Numbered from the stretch's first letter, positions 26,628-40,080 are shown. The stretch is 64,000 bases of DNA from Eledone cirrhosa (GCA_964016885.1 OZ024740.1:234050001-234114000); one strand, 5' to 3'. The notes: generated by a model not told the origin, from the letters alone. A program made the numbers and translations.

Positions 26628-26665
26628 TTCACAATAGAGGTGCATATGAAGGCATATACGATATA

Positions 26666-26985
26666 CAGTTGTCCCCGAAATTCGCGGGTATTTCGTTCCT
26701 AGAGCAACCGCGAAGAATGAACAGCCGCGAATATTAGACGTGGTCTATGAAAAGTCTTATAAACGTCAACACGTAACGTAAAATATAGGCCGGTATATTG
26801 TTACTAATAATCTAGCGTTAAAAAGCGTGAAAGAAAATGTATATTGCCACGAAAAAAAGGCATTAAAAATCGTGGAAGATATTTACGATTCCGCGAATTT
26901 GTGGTGGTTTTCAGAAACAATTATTAGTTAGGTTCTAAGGAAAATAAAGCGAATAACCGGGACCGTGAATGCTGGGGGCAGACTG
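26666..26985. mobile_element. Tc1/mariner (Tigger/pogo-like) MITE
   Basis: TA|cagttgtcccc...gggggcagactg|TA imperfect TIRs. Confidence 0.6.
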
Positions 26986-27114
26986 TATTATTATATGATA
27001 TATCGTATATCAATAAATTAACATTGCCCAGCTTGATGCTACCTGTCCGTGATAACTAAACATTGAACTATATTATTATGACAATGTATTACTACGTATG
27101 AAATGCATTGTTAC

Positions 27115-27478
27115 CTGCCGATGGCTGCTTTGTAGGTTTGATCACCATCCTGCTTTTTGTTGCAAATTTTGGTTTTTTCGTTAGTTTATCCCATGTTGGT
27201 CTTGGCTTCCATGTAGGCTTATCTTTCCACGCAGGTTTGGGTTTAACTGTGATTCTTGGGCGATTTGAACTTCTGTGTCTACCCGTGACATGTATTCTTT
27301 CAATACTTGACTTCTGTCCCCATGAAATCTTTGTCCTTTTCCGACCGTAAGGTTGCAGAACATTTCGTATGGTGTTCATCAATGGTGATATGCCCTCGTT
27401 GCAAGATCCACTGAAATCGTCCATTTCCAAAGACCACACGAATGCTCCAGCAAAGTCATTCTTTATAATATTACGTGC
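27115..27478 (-). CDS. GH18 chitinase exon (end of catalytic domain plus basic, Pro/Lys-rich linker)
   Basis: ARNIIKNDFAGAFVWSLEMDDFSGSC..., followed by a KPxW repeat linker; AG/GT boundaries. Confidence 0.9.
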
Positions 27479-30010
27479 CTTGAAAATAAAGAAAGAAAAC
27501 CACTTTAAGTACAGATTTGTGTAATATGTGAGTGAGCGTCCGTGTGTGTGTGAGTATGTGTGTATGCACGTGTTCGTTTTACCTCATAGTTATTTATATA
27601 CAAAGTCCTCCATATATATGATTGCCTACATAACCGACTAAAGAGCTACAAGGGCTACCGACATTAACACATAAACTACAGAATAGAGAAAATGTAACCT
27701 CTTCATACTTTTACAGATTAGTAGCAAGTTCAATGAACCAGCCGATAAGGGAACGTTTATACCTTCACACAACCTACTAGGAATAGAGGTCTAATATTAT
27801 TCAAATCCCATCCTAACATGTTACAAAGTGAAGGATGCATTCGATGGGGAAATCCGAGATATAATATCTTTGAATGAAAGATTAAATGATCACAGCTGAA
27901 ATGCCTCTGATCGTATGTCTGCTGGATCATAGTTGATCTGGTGCTGAAGAACAACAGCCTTTACATCTTGGTTCTAAATTACCATATCTCCACGTAGTTG
28001 TATGTCATATGGTTTGGTAATAAATGATATTTTTGTATCACTGACTCGGATCGATGAGAATTCATAGCAACGTAACAGATAGTGTCCCTACAATTCAGGT
28101 TATAATTATTTTTTCTTAGGCATAATGATCACGTACAATATATGACATTCAGGGTTTTATCAAAAGCATTAACCATATCTTAAGCCACTGTTTAAACGTA
28201 AACAGATTTATATAATACAAGCATAGATGCTGCATTCTTAAAACTTAGAAAGCACAATATTTTGTGGCGTCCAATTCCTATTGGTAGTGTAAGTTGAAAT
28301 AGGGTAGAAACTGCATTGTCGTCTCAGTTTTTCGAGGACTTAACATCTTCTCTACGGGGTTCGTAGTGGTGTCATAAGGCTTGTTATTGAGTACTGAAGT
28401 TGTTGTTGTTGTCAGCCTTTTGATTAGACCTAGGGCAGTTCTAAGTGAGCAGAGTTATTGTCAAAGAATTTTCATACCTATTTTATTTATATACAATGTG
28501 TCCGGGACTATATTATTCAATGTAGCCTTTATTCAAACAATGTAGCCTTTATTCAAAACAATGACACATTCCTAGATATCCATATATGTTCGTAGATAAG
28601 GCTACTTTATCTATCTGGTATTGTATGGAGGTGGAAAAATTACTAGAAACAGAATAATTTACGTGGATTAACTTCCAACTGAAATCAAAACTACCTCGAT
28701 TAGTAAGCTTATCTGAAGCTTATCTCCTTCGCTTTACAAGTTAAAACTAATTCTGTAGAAGTATAATTACTTAAGTACATAATGAATTGGAATAAATCTC
28801 AGCTTCTCAATCCAGCAAAATATTAGTAATAGCTCACATAACTTGTATTAATGTTATCTGCCATAAACTCTTAGAAATGTAATTTGCTCTACAAGCAATA
28901 TCCAATGAGGGATTCATCTCTCATCTCATTAACAACATAAAACAGAAGCTAACTACCAATATTGACACATTATTTAATCATTAATATTACATAAGGTCAC
29001 ACATTTTTAATGGGGAGATTACAGCGATTTATATACGAGCAATATTTATTTCATTAACACTAGCGAAATTACAGCAAAGGTAATGCTAGTATGATTTAAA
29101 TTTAAATGAGGTTTTAACTCGGAATTTAAAGAGATGAAAAATGTAAATGTTTAAAAATAAATAATATATATAACAAGGAATAACATTGATTTGGTATAAT
29201 TGGCTTTACCGCCAAGTAAAATACAGATACTTATTGAAAATCTGGTATGAATTAAATTGAACCAATTCGTATTTTCCTGAAGATAGATTAATCTGCGGGT
29301 CTGGATAGGATTGTCGCAAGTTCTGGAGGCCGACTGAATATGCTTATTCTGTAGATGACATTTGATTAGCACACAAACACATGCGCAAACAGAGATAACC
29401 AGATAAATAAATAAATAAATAACGCTATAGGATCACAACGGGAGGAAACACGATAATAACTGAATATGTCACAGATATGTGTGACGAAAGAACTTTGAAA
29501 AATTATATTTAGATCTATATTTTTATTTATTAGTCAATCTATGATAACCATTGATTGACAGCTAAATTACTTGTAGAAATCTAAAAATATAAAGAAGCGA
29601 AAACCAAACCAAACAGTGAGTGTGTTTTATTATTGTTTGGAAGTATGAGGGCGGTGGATTGGCAGTATCGGTAGAGGGTAGGACGCCATGCTTTGCAGCA
29701 TAGAGTTAGGACCCTTTATGATCTGAGTTCAAATCCCGCCGAGGTTAACTTTGCCTTTCATCCTTACGGGGTCGATAAAATAAAGTACTAGTCACACATT
29801 GGGGTCGATTTAATCGACTTCCCCCTCCTCCCAAAATTGCTGACCTTGTGCCTATATAAGAAACCATTCTTTTTTGACATATTAAGACAACATGACCCTA
29901 CCCGAATATAACAATCACGTTTTATTAGTTTCGGTGTTAATATAGAATTCACTGAGTTTTTAATATTGATTTAACAAACACGTTTTTTGTCACATATTGA
30001 CAAAAATAAT

Positions 30011-30191
30011 TGTTTCTACTTTAGGCACAAGGCCAGCAATTACCCAGTGCATTACTGGTACTTTATTTTATCGACCCCGTAAGGATGAAAGGCAAAGTCA
30101 ACCTCGGCGGGATTTGAACTCAGATCGTAAAGGGACGTAACTATGCTTGAAAGCATGGCGTCCGACTCTCTACCGATACTGCCAATCCACC
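30011..30191 (-). mobile_element. tRNA-derived SINE with TSD
   Basis: Full-length copy flanked by gacaaaaataat direct repeats (29999-30010 and 30192-30203). Confidence 0.9.
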
Positions 30192-30590
30192 GACAAAAAT
30201 AATGTTATTCTGTATTACAGAGAGTATCACTTAATTTTAGTCAACACTGCATGTAACAAAGAGATATAAATAGTTTGTCTCTATTCATAATACTTTGTGT
30301 ACATTCCTGTGTTACGATTTTAACAGAGACTGATTGACCTCCTTATCTAGCCACAGATATATTGCATATATACCCACTATTACTGGGAGAGGAAATAAAT
30401 AGAATAAACTAATTTACAGTTTACGTCCTGACATCTAATTTGATCAATACATTACTACTGCTTAAACTGTTTTTTTTTCGGGGGGGGGGGGGTTCGATGC
30501 TATTCTGTACCCCAGTGTATATGTACAAACTGACACATAATCACACACTCAAACACATACACACACACTCGCGCGCGCACGCACATACAT

Positions 30591-30648
<58 letters not shown>

Positions 30649-30989
30649 TAAAATAACAGATTAAAGTTTAAGCAAAGAATCGCTGCTTTCACCCTTAACG
30701 GGATCTTCTGAAACTAACAAAGTCAATCTGTAAACGCAGAACTGGATATTTCAAAAAACATTGCAACCGGAGGAAGACAGGAAGACGATACTTTGGTTCG
30801 TGGTAACGTTCGCTGGCAAAGAACGGGAAAAAACGAATAGAAGATCCCGTTAAGGGTGAAAGCAGCGATTCTTTGCTTAAACTTTAATCTGTTATTTTAA
30901 TAAATATTTGCTCTACGGTTCTTATATATTTGATATATATTTTCCTTATCGAGCCCTCTTTGGATTTTAGTCTTCAATTTTATTATTAT

Positions 30990-31031
<42 letters not shown>

Positions 31032-31104
31032 TGGAGCTTCCAACAGTAATGGTTGCATTTTTTAAGGGTATGTCAATATTTATTTATAAAACTGATATAT
31101 ATTG

Positions 31105-31169
31105 TATTTTGTCTGATGAAAGCATACCATAATTTAACGTGGTGTCCTTGAAATATGTATAATAAAATA
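31105..31169 (+). ncRNA. Minimal type I hammerhead ribozyme
   Basis: UAUUUUGU-CUGAUGA-AAGcAUACCA...UGGUGUcCUU-GAAA-UAUGUA-UA-AUAAAAUA. Confidence 0.8.
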
Positions 31170-31296
31170 GATATGGTTTTATAAATATAGTTTCCATTTG
31201 TTAATATCGTATGTTTACTCCAAATACTTGTTGAGTGCTTTATATCAGTTATACAAATATTTGCTTGTTGTATCCCAACAATTTAAATAGAACTTT

Positions 31297-31346
<50 letters not shown>

Positions 31347-31398
31347 TATATATATATACGATATTAACAAATGGAAACTAGATTTATAAAACCATATC

Positions 31399-31463
31399 TA
31401 TTTTATTATACATATTTCAAGGACACCAAGTTAAATTATGGTGTGCTTTCATCAGACAAAATA
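31399..31463 (-). ncRNA. Minimal type I hammerhead ribozyme (inverted copy of 31105-31169)
   Basis: The reverse complement reads tattttgt-ctgatga-aagcacacc...ggtgtcctt-gaaa-tatgta-ta-ataaaata. Confidence 0.8.
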
Positions 31464-31607
31464 TAATATAGATCAGTTTTATAAATAAATATTGACATAG
31501 CCTTAAAAAATGCAACCATTACTGTTGGAAGCTCCCGCATAGAACTTTTACATATATATATATATATATATAAAGGTATGATAAGGTATGATTTTCCTGG
31601 GTATGTC

Positions 31608-31661
<54 letters not shown>

Positions 31662-31844
31662 TTTGTGTAGAGAGAGTGAGTAACAATATTAAAACTAATA
31701 CAAGCTTGAATATAACACTTTCTAAGATTGTGCTTTAGACAAAATATGTTCCAAATCATTCGTATAAATGACAACAAGTGGAAACACACATTGGCGTCTT
31801 TTCATGAATGATCATTTTTATTTTTGTTCGAGAAAAGCCTACAA

Positions 31845-32040
31845 CAGACCTGTCAACTCTCACCGTCCGAAGGGGAGGTCTCCCACCCACTTTGGGTTAG
31901 GTGAGAGATGTCTTCTCTTGCGAAAATGGGTATAGCTTTCATTATATAAAATCTCCCCATTTTGCCCAATTTCTCCCCGTTGGTGACCTTTTTTTTTTCA
32001 TGTTACTCTTCGTTTGGATTTTTAGAGGTTGGTAGGTCTG
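31845..32040. mobile_element. MITE with 7-bp TSD
   Basis: TIRs cagacctgtcaactct / agaggttggtaggtctg; flanking direct repeat cctacaa. Confidence 0.7.
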
Positions 32041-32533
32041 CCTACAATCATGTTTAAATTACTAAGTTGTCGTTCCAATTGCAATGATGTTTCAAGCCCA
32101 TGGAATAGGCAGACCGAATATGAGATATTATGAGTGTTAGTTATAAACTCATTTATCAATCACAGACACTAGTTTAGTTTATTTATAACACTTGCATGAG
32201 GTAAATAAAACAGTGAATTATCAAAGTATATTTTTCATTTAATCTAAATTTAAATTAATCCAGCCCAACAATAATGTGATCTCGCAAGCTAGTAATTAAA
32301 TTCGAGGATCTCACTCACAATGCATGTAATATATATATATGGGGAGTGTTTGTGTGTAACGCAGACAGAGTGTCAACAAAAAGAAAAAAGCACTATAGAA
32401 ACATAGCTATTTTATTGGATTCCTGTACACCGAACATTATTGTGAAATCTTAAGTTTCTGGGTCTGACAATCTTATATGAGTGCAATTGATGTTTGTCAG
32501 ATGTGTATGCATATATTTATATATATATATATA

Positions 32534-35500
32534 CTAGCTGACGTACCCAGCTTCGCCCGGGTAAACAGATAATAAGGGAAGACAGGTAAAAGAGAAAATG
32601 ACTATTGGATGTTTGTCTGGTTACAGTATGAGGCCAGTCCATGGTGTCTGTGTGATACCAAAAAGAGTTAAAAAAATCTTCCAGATATACCAGATTCTTC
32701 GTTGTACCGTTTGTGCATAGTATATGAACAATTCTAGGTTCTCCCACCTAGAATAGTGACCTCTAGGAGATAGTTCATCTTCTGCCTCACTGTAAAACGT
32801 GTATCATTGCATAGACGTGGTTGTTCCACGTTTCTCAAAAGGATGATGGAAGTTCCAATCTTTTATATTATATGTAGATATAGATATAGATAATTAATAT
32901 AAAAGATGTCTGTCAATGTAAAAAAGGTCCCTATTTATTTGAAATGGTTTATACAAATGTCAAATTAATATGGATATGGATAACATGCTTATCTATAAGT
33001 GGTCAGCTATAATAATAAAACAACAAATTATATGACACAAACATTTATTCAGTAATTTCCAGGCTCTTAGCCACTGAGTAATAGACAGTCAATGTTGCCC
33101 AGAGTTCAACTCGGGGTGGTGGCCTGGTTTGAACTCCAAATGGCGGATCCTTCTACTTCGAAAATAGAATCGTTTTTCAATATTACTCTAGGCCTGGTCG
33201 GCCATAGGATCTAACCTTTTTGCCAGACTCAGAAACGATAAATTTGAAGGCAACTTTTACCAATACTTGTTGGTTTTTATTGCTCATTATCGACAATAAA
33301 TGACATTGAACAGAAATGATAACTCTGTCAAAGCTCACAATACTGATCAAAGGGCACCAATGTCTGAATCATTTACGTCGAATATTCATAGCAGTGAAGG
33401 CAATTTCTACCAATACTTGTTGGTATTTATTGCGCAACATAGCACTGAAAGCAATTTTTACCAATACTTGTTTGTTTTTATTGCTTATAACGACATTAAA
33501 TGACATTGAACATAAATGATAACTCTGTCAAAGCCCACAATACTGATCAAAGGACACCAATGTCCGAATCATTTACATCGTTTATTGATAGCATTAAATA
33601 TATGCATACATCAGCTCAAAGCTTCATTATAGACAATATTCACGGTTGTTCCTCTGTTAGTGGTATCAATTGCAAATTGTATACCATCTGGATCGCACAC
33701 TCGAGATGCAGCAACATACAGTTGCCCATGGCTGAATGCTGGATTATTCAAGTAGACACCGACTCGCTTGAAAGTCTGTCCCTGTGCCTTGTTGACAGTC
33801 ATGGAGAAGGCCAAATTGACGGGAAACTGTCTCCTTTGCCAAATGAATGGCAGCAGATCTTCACTTGGTCTCAGCATGATCCTCGGAATGAGAAACGATT
33901 CCTCTCTGCCTGGGAGTTTAGCTTCTAAAACTCTTCCGTTAATCAATCTCTCAACAATCAATCTGGTACCATTGCCAAGACCCATTTTATGATTGATATT
34001 TCTAAGCTATATAATCGGCATACCCTTTTTCAACCTCAAAATATGAGGGGGAAATCCGGGTATTTGAAGTGAATTCAGATACTCAGTCGGAACATCCATA
34101 TTGGTCTGCTGATTAGGCTCCATTACATCCGCACTGACGGTCAACCATTCCTCTCCAGGAAACATTCCGGCTACTTGTGAATTTATTTCATCGACCGTTG
34201 CATTCGTATGAGTTAGAATAATGCGTTCCGATATCCAGGAGATATTCTGCCAAAAAGCATTCAAATTAAGGAACACCCAGTCAATCAATGCTTGGCGGTC
34301 CAGTGGCATGACCAAATGGTCTGGGATTCTTACAGTCTGATTATCACCAACGTGTGGCAATTCATCGTTTCCCAACTGCATCAACCATCGGCCGTATGTC
34401 TCAGCCTCTTCGTTTTGCCCGAACATACGAAGTCGCATATTATCGTGTAATCGCGGTGGATTGGCAGTATCGGTAGAGGGTCGGACGCCATGCTTTCCAG
34501 CATAGTTACGTCCCTTTACGATCTGAGTTCAAATCCCGCCGAGGTTGACTTTGCCTTTCATCCTTACGGGGTCGATAAAATAAAGTACCAGTAATGCACT
34601 GGGTAATTGCTGGCCTTGTGCCTAAAGTAGAAACAATTATCGTGTAATCGCAAAACTCTGAAATGGCGCCACAGCGGGGACTTTTTCAGACATGCATCGA
34701 CAAGTTGCGCTCTTTGGGGATTCCTAACAATTGGTAGCACCTGTCTGAAATCGCCACCAACAACGATAGTCTTACCACCGAATGGCAGGTCACTACTGCA
34801 GATATCTCTCAAAGTTCTGTCCAATGCCTCCAGCAAATATCTGTGTGCCATTGGAGCCTCGTCCCAAATAATCAGAGACGTATTGCGTATAAGGCCTGCG
34901 AGTTCACTTTGTCCTGTAATGTTACAGACACTCAACTCATCCAGAGCCAATGGAGCCTTGAAGCATGAGTGGAAGGTCCTTCCACCACTCAGCAAAGTGG
35001 CAGCGATCCCACTGGTGGCCACAGGGAGAGCAATCTTCCTCTGAGCTCTGACTGCCGATAACAATGTTGAAACAGAATGTCTTCCCGGTGCCTCCTGGAG
35101 AATCTATGAAAGCACAAAGTTGCTTATTAGTGGAAATCGAGTGGAGAACGCCATCGACCAATTCTCTCTGAGATTGGGTCAACATTGGCATACGTTCATC
35201 CACAATACGTTGCTGTTCCAGTGCATCAAACTGGAATAGTTCCCTCCGATCGAGTGGCAACCGTCTAAGCTGCAATCTCATATTCAAAGCTAAGACATGT
35301 TGCCGTATTTCTTCATCAGGAATTGGCAAATTGAAATCTGTTAAACATTTGAAATGAACTTCAAGCAGTTGCTCAATATTGAGCAAAACAATAGCTTTCA
35401 TCAAATTGTCATCATCGACCTGAAGATGATGCCTAAAATCATCAGCCATAATTCCCCAATGGCGTTCGAATAACTCTCTTGGATCGACAGGATTGCAGAA

Positions 35501-38500
35501 TCCTAGAATCGTGACAAACAACTGCCTTATTTGAGCTGGCATCTGTGTTGTTCCTGCAGCTTCCATGGCGTTATTCCATTCAGCGTCATCCTGAAGGAGT
35601 CCCAAATGCTGACACACAGCCTGGTATGTTTCATATTCCACGCCATTGATTGTTTTCAAATCAGCGAAGCTCTGTTTACCTCTCGAAAAATCATTATGCA
35701 ACAGAATTCGGAGATAAAACACATCACCAGATGCTGGATGGACATTCAAACCCGTCCAATAGTCATGAATCTCAACTTTTGTTTTCTATCATTCCATTTC
35801 TTTCCCTTCTTATCCCACGTATAGTGCGAAGGGAAATCGCAGTAGAGTTGCCTTTGATCCGGGTTCAAAGCATGTTCCCTATTATGCTTGAACCACTCCT
35901 CAGTCAATTCCGTCTTAGGAGGTGGTGCGTTAGCAATTCTTTCGACACCTCTTCTAGTGTCCTGAAAACAGACCATTTGCCTATTCTCTAAGTGAACCGT
36001 CAGTTTCTGAACGCTGGGTTTGCGTTCATTGAGATCAAAATCGAACAATCTCCAACAAGCTTCGCTAGATCCAATCGAGCGAACATCCTGGAACCTTCCA
36101 ACTTCATCTCCTTGGTTCGCTTCATCATTCCTGACATTGATCATTGCCCGATCATGACCTTTGTAAACATATTTGAATAGATATTTGCAAGCTTTCACTG
36201 AGCTACAAATGTTCACATTAATATGACAACGATATTTCATAATCAAATATGGATTGTATGGCACAACCCATTGATTTGTAATCTGTCGACCGTTTACATT
36301 TTCGACCAAACCGCCATCTGCAGGCGATCGTCTTCTGTATGAGGGATGAGAATCCCCATCGTTCCAGGAAGTGTTCGTGACAAAAGATTTCGGAAAGTGC
36401 TTACTGCATTGGCCATTTTCCATGCAAGGCGCTTTCCGATTTGCCACTCCGCATTGGTTGCCACCAAGTTGCGTAGTGCTTCATTTTCCGGCAGTTCAGC
36501 ACACACAATGCTGTCGACATCCTCAGCACATCTCAATTTGCAATCTCTATGTAAAATGATCAGCAAATGTGTATGTGGCAATCCTCTTTTTTGGAATTCA
36601 ATTACGTATGTAAAAGCAACTATACCTCCAAAGATTCCCTCTTTTTCCACATCATCCATTATCTTTTTCAGATATCCTTTGAATACTCTTGCCACAATAT
36701 CAGGACGGTCCTTTGGCTGTTGTCCTGGTAAAAGTGCATCCTTAATATCAGTCCATTCAGGATTGCATGTAACCGTTATAAACAAATCTGGCTCTCCAAA
36801 CTTTCTGACAATAGCCATTGCATCCTGATAGCCAATGTTCATATATCTCGGGCCGCCGATGAACGACGATGGCAAAATGATGCGTCGACCAATTTGCTTG
36901 TAATTGGCATCATCAGCTGTTATCGCATCCTGTATATTATTATACAATTCAGCTCTGATATGTTGCTCATGTGTAGCTATATAATTTAGCCTTTGATTTT
37001 CGATCTTTGCGAATGCCATATAACAGTATTCTTGGAACAATCTGCTGGCTTGAAATAGTGCATTTCTCTCTTGATTCATCTCGTTCAAATGAAACGCGTA
37101 AAAGTCGCGAATCGAATTATTGTGTCTATTGCCGCCTCCCTGTCTAAATGAACAGACATGTTCCATCCATTTTCACCTTTTGAGAATAAAAGAAGATAAT
37201 GCAATGAATCGTATGCCCTATTTGACTCATTGATAGTCTCGAGACCACTATCTCTGCGATTAAGGACGATATCTCTCGATCCAGGCTTATCGTCCATCAA
37301 CACAGCAACTTCACGAAATCCTTCAGGGTCATTATATCGCCGTTCGTGTTGATTCCTTGGCACTGCGTCAGCCTTAATCACCAATGTTTGCTGCTGAACA
37401 TTTTGCAGTTCAGCCACCAACATGAAATCCATAACATAAGGATTACACTGTCTAAGCCATGATTGCAAATCACGGATCAAATCACTTAACTTTTGCCGTT
37501 CAAGTTCAGTTATATTTCCTGGCAACTTCATCCAACCGATCCGGATATCCTGCGCCGATTCACTATAATCTGGATCGTTAACGTAAATCCTGGGGTAACT
37601 TCTAAATTACCGATACAATGATGCAAACGGCCTTGAATGACTACATTCGGTTGCCATGCTCCACTCTCAAACATCTCACTAACTCTCTGCGATGCTAAAG
37701 CTAATGAATTGTTAATTTGCCGCGAATATTTGCGCAGTAATCTACCTCGGTCTCCTTGATCACCCCACATACTTAGTATTTTAAACTCCGGTGACTCCTC
37801 ATCATCCGGCATTCGCAAGGGTTCTAGTTGAACTGCTCCTTTATGACAGCACATTGAGGTCCACGTCTGTTCGTGCCTCCAAAGCAATGCTCCACAATGT
37901 GGACACTCTGCTCGTCCACCAATCTGAAAATGACACGGTTGCCATGATCCATTTTTAATATCATCCGTTCGCCTTCTAGCCTCTTTACTGGAATGAGGAG
38001 CACTGTGGCGACACATTCTCTGAACTTCTGTATTGCGCTGGCGCTGTTCAGCCAGCTCCTCTTCATCCATCGCAGCACGCCGTTGCTGCTGAATTCTGGC
38101 TATCTGCTGATGATGCTCAGCCAGTTCGTCTTCAACCATCGAAGCACGCCGTCGCTGCTTGGCTCCAGTGTTTCGTTAGCGTTGTTCAGCCAGCTCCTCT
38201 TTATTCATGGCGGCACGTCTTCGCCTCTGAAGTTCAGCGTTCCGATTGCACTGTTCGACCCGTTTTTCTTCATTCCTGGCTGCACGCCGTCGCCGCTGTA
38301 GTTCACTGTTTGATAAAGTCGAATTGCTTTTACCTTCTGTGGAACGCTGCACGCACGCACACACACATAAACATACGCGCACGTACATACACACGCACAC
38401 ATGGTAATAGTTACAGCGTTCACTTTGCCTTTCTGTTTCTTACTCTCACCTCTCACTCCCTCATTGGCATTATGTATATTAATTTATGTTTGGCGTCGTT

Positions 38501-38592
38501 GAGATGGGCGGAGTCGTTTGAAACATATGAACCAATGATAATCGAGAATTATGACACACGGAATAATGACGTTGTTGAAATTAATATATAAA
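32534..38592 (-). mobile_element. Helitron (Rep/HUH plus PIF1-like helicase), frameshifted
   Basis: PDLFITVTCNP and EFQKRGLPHTH (Rep); GGTGKT, IIWDEAPM, GGDFRQVLP and FSHGQLYVAASRV (helicase); 3' hairpin acccgggcgaagctgggt followed by CTAG|T at 32534. Confidence 0.95.
34455..34635 (+). mobile_element. tRNA-derived SINE inserted in the Helitron helicase
   Basis: Perfect 16-bp TSD attatcgtgtaatcgc (34439-34454 and 34636-34651). Confidence 0.93.
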
Positions 38593-38808
38593 CTAGCTGA
38601 CGATGAATTGCTTTTATTATCAGTATTCATTTTGAGCAATTGTCGAAAAATGACACAATAATAGATATAAAAGATGTCAATCAATGTAAAAAAGGTCCCT
38701 ATTTACTCCCTTCACAACTCTGTATGTTAGACAGACACAGACAGATAAACTGCGCGGCGATTCTGGAACGCCGCACGCACACACACATACACGCATGGAA
38801 ACGCGCAC

Positions 38809-38951
<143 letters not shown>

Positions 38952-39016
38952 GGGTAAACATTGATGCAATTCAATTCAAAGCGAAGTACATCTGAAACTA
39001 CTTCGCTTTTCCTTAT

Positions 39017-39092
<76 letters not shown>

Positions 39093-39405
39093 TGTTTACA
39101 TCGCTATTTCAAGGCACCAATCCTAAAACCTAATCTTTGCTGGACCGGCAATCGCTCTGTATAATCAGCTCCTAATTATTACTGAAATTCTATAAGAATC
39201 CAGCTTCTATAATTTTAGGTGAAACCAGGGGGAGTACGTGGTTCTGATGAACGCCAACCAGCGTGAAACAGACTGTCAGCTTTTCTCCCTTGTTTCGCCA
39301 AAAAGAAGTAAGTGACATAGTCACTACTTTAAAACTGATAGCGTATGGTCTTCTAAATGTTTTTAATTTAACATACGGTATATTGCCAAATATACTATAC
39401 ATACA

Positions 39406-39462
<57 letters not shown>

Positions 39463-39904
39463 TAAAAGAGAAAACACAGGTAAGCATTAAGAGAAGGATT
39501 TTATCCTGGTATTTACGACCGTTTCATTGGGAAGTGCAACCTTATATTGCTATACTGCAAATAGCAGCCACTCAATTGGATTGTTGTTCACGTCCAAATT
39601 TTCAAAATAGTGAGTGACTTACTATTTTGAAAATTTGGACGTGAACAACAATTATAATTGAGTGGCTGCTATTTGCAGTATAGCAATATAAGGTTGCACT
39701 TACCAATGAAACGGTCGTAAATACCTGGATAAAATCCTTCTCTTAATGCTCACCTCTGTTTTCTCTTTTATACGTTATACTTCAAGATTGAACGGAATTC
39801 TTACAAACTTGTGGAGTTACCCCTAACCGTACGTTGAAACCATCCATGAAACTGGCTTTCTTAACCACGAACTGGATCACAATAAGCAATATTCTGCTTC
39901 CCTA

Positions 39905-39944
<40 letters not shown>

Positions 39945-40029
39945 TAAGTTATTCCGGGTTGAATCGGAGGTAACCACAGTAAGTAAGGTACTCAATACAT
40001 AGCAGAGTATAAAAGTTTTAATATAGATG

Positions 40030-40080
40030 AGATTCTACAGGACTAGAACTGTTTCATTCTTTAGAAATCCTCAGGAATCT
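40030..40080 (-). ncRNA. Type I hammerhead ribozyme with a weak stem II
   Basis: AGAUUC-CUGAGGA-uUUCuaaaGAAu-GAAA-CAG uucuaguc CUG-UA-GAAUCU. Confidence 0.7.

Noticed and set aside
29651-29745. tRNA-like A and B boxes
   Set aside because: This is the head of a multi-copy SINE with a core, tail and TSDs; no clean cloverleaf is visible.
34937-37166. Rep and helicase ORFs as a host PIF1 gene or viral insertion
   Set aside because: The HUH Rep motifs fused to a PIF1 helicase plus the hairpin-CTAG terminus identify a Helitron.
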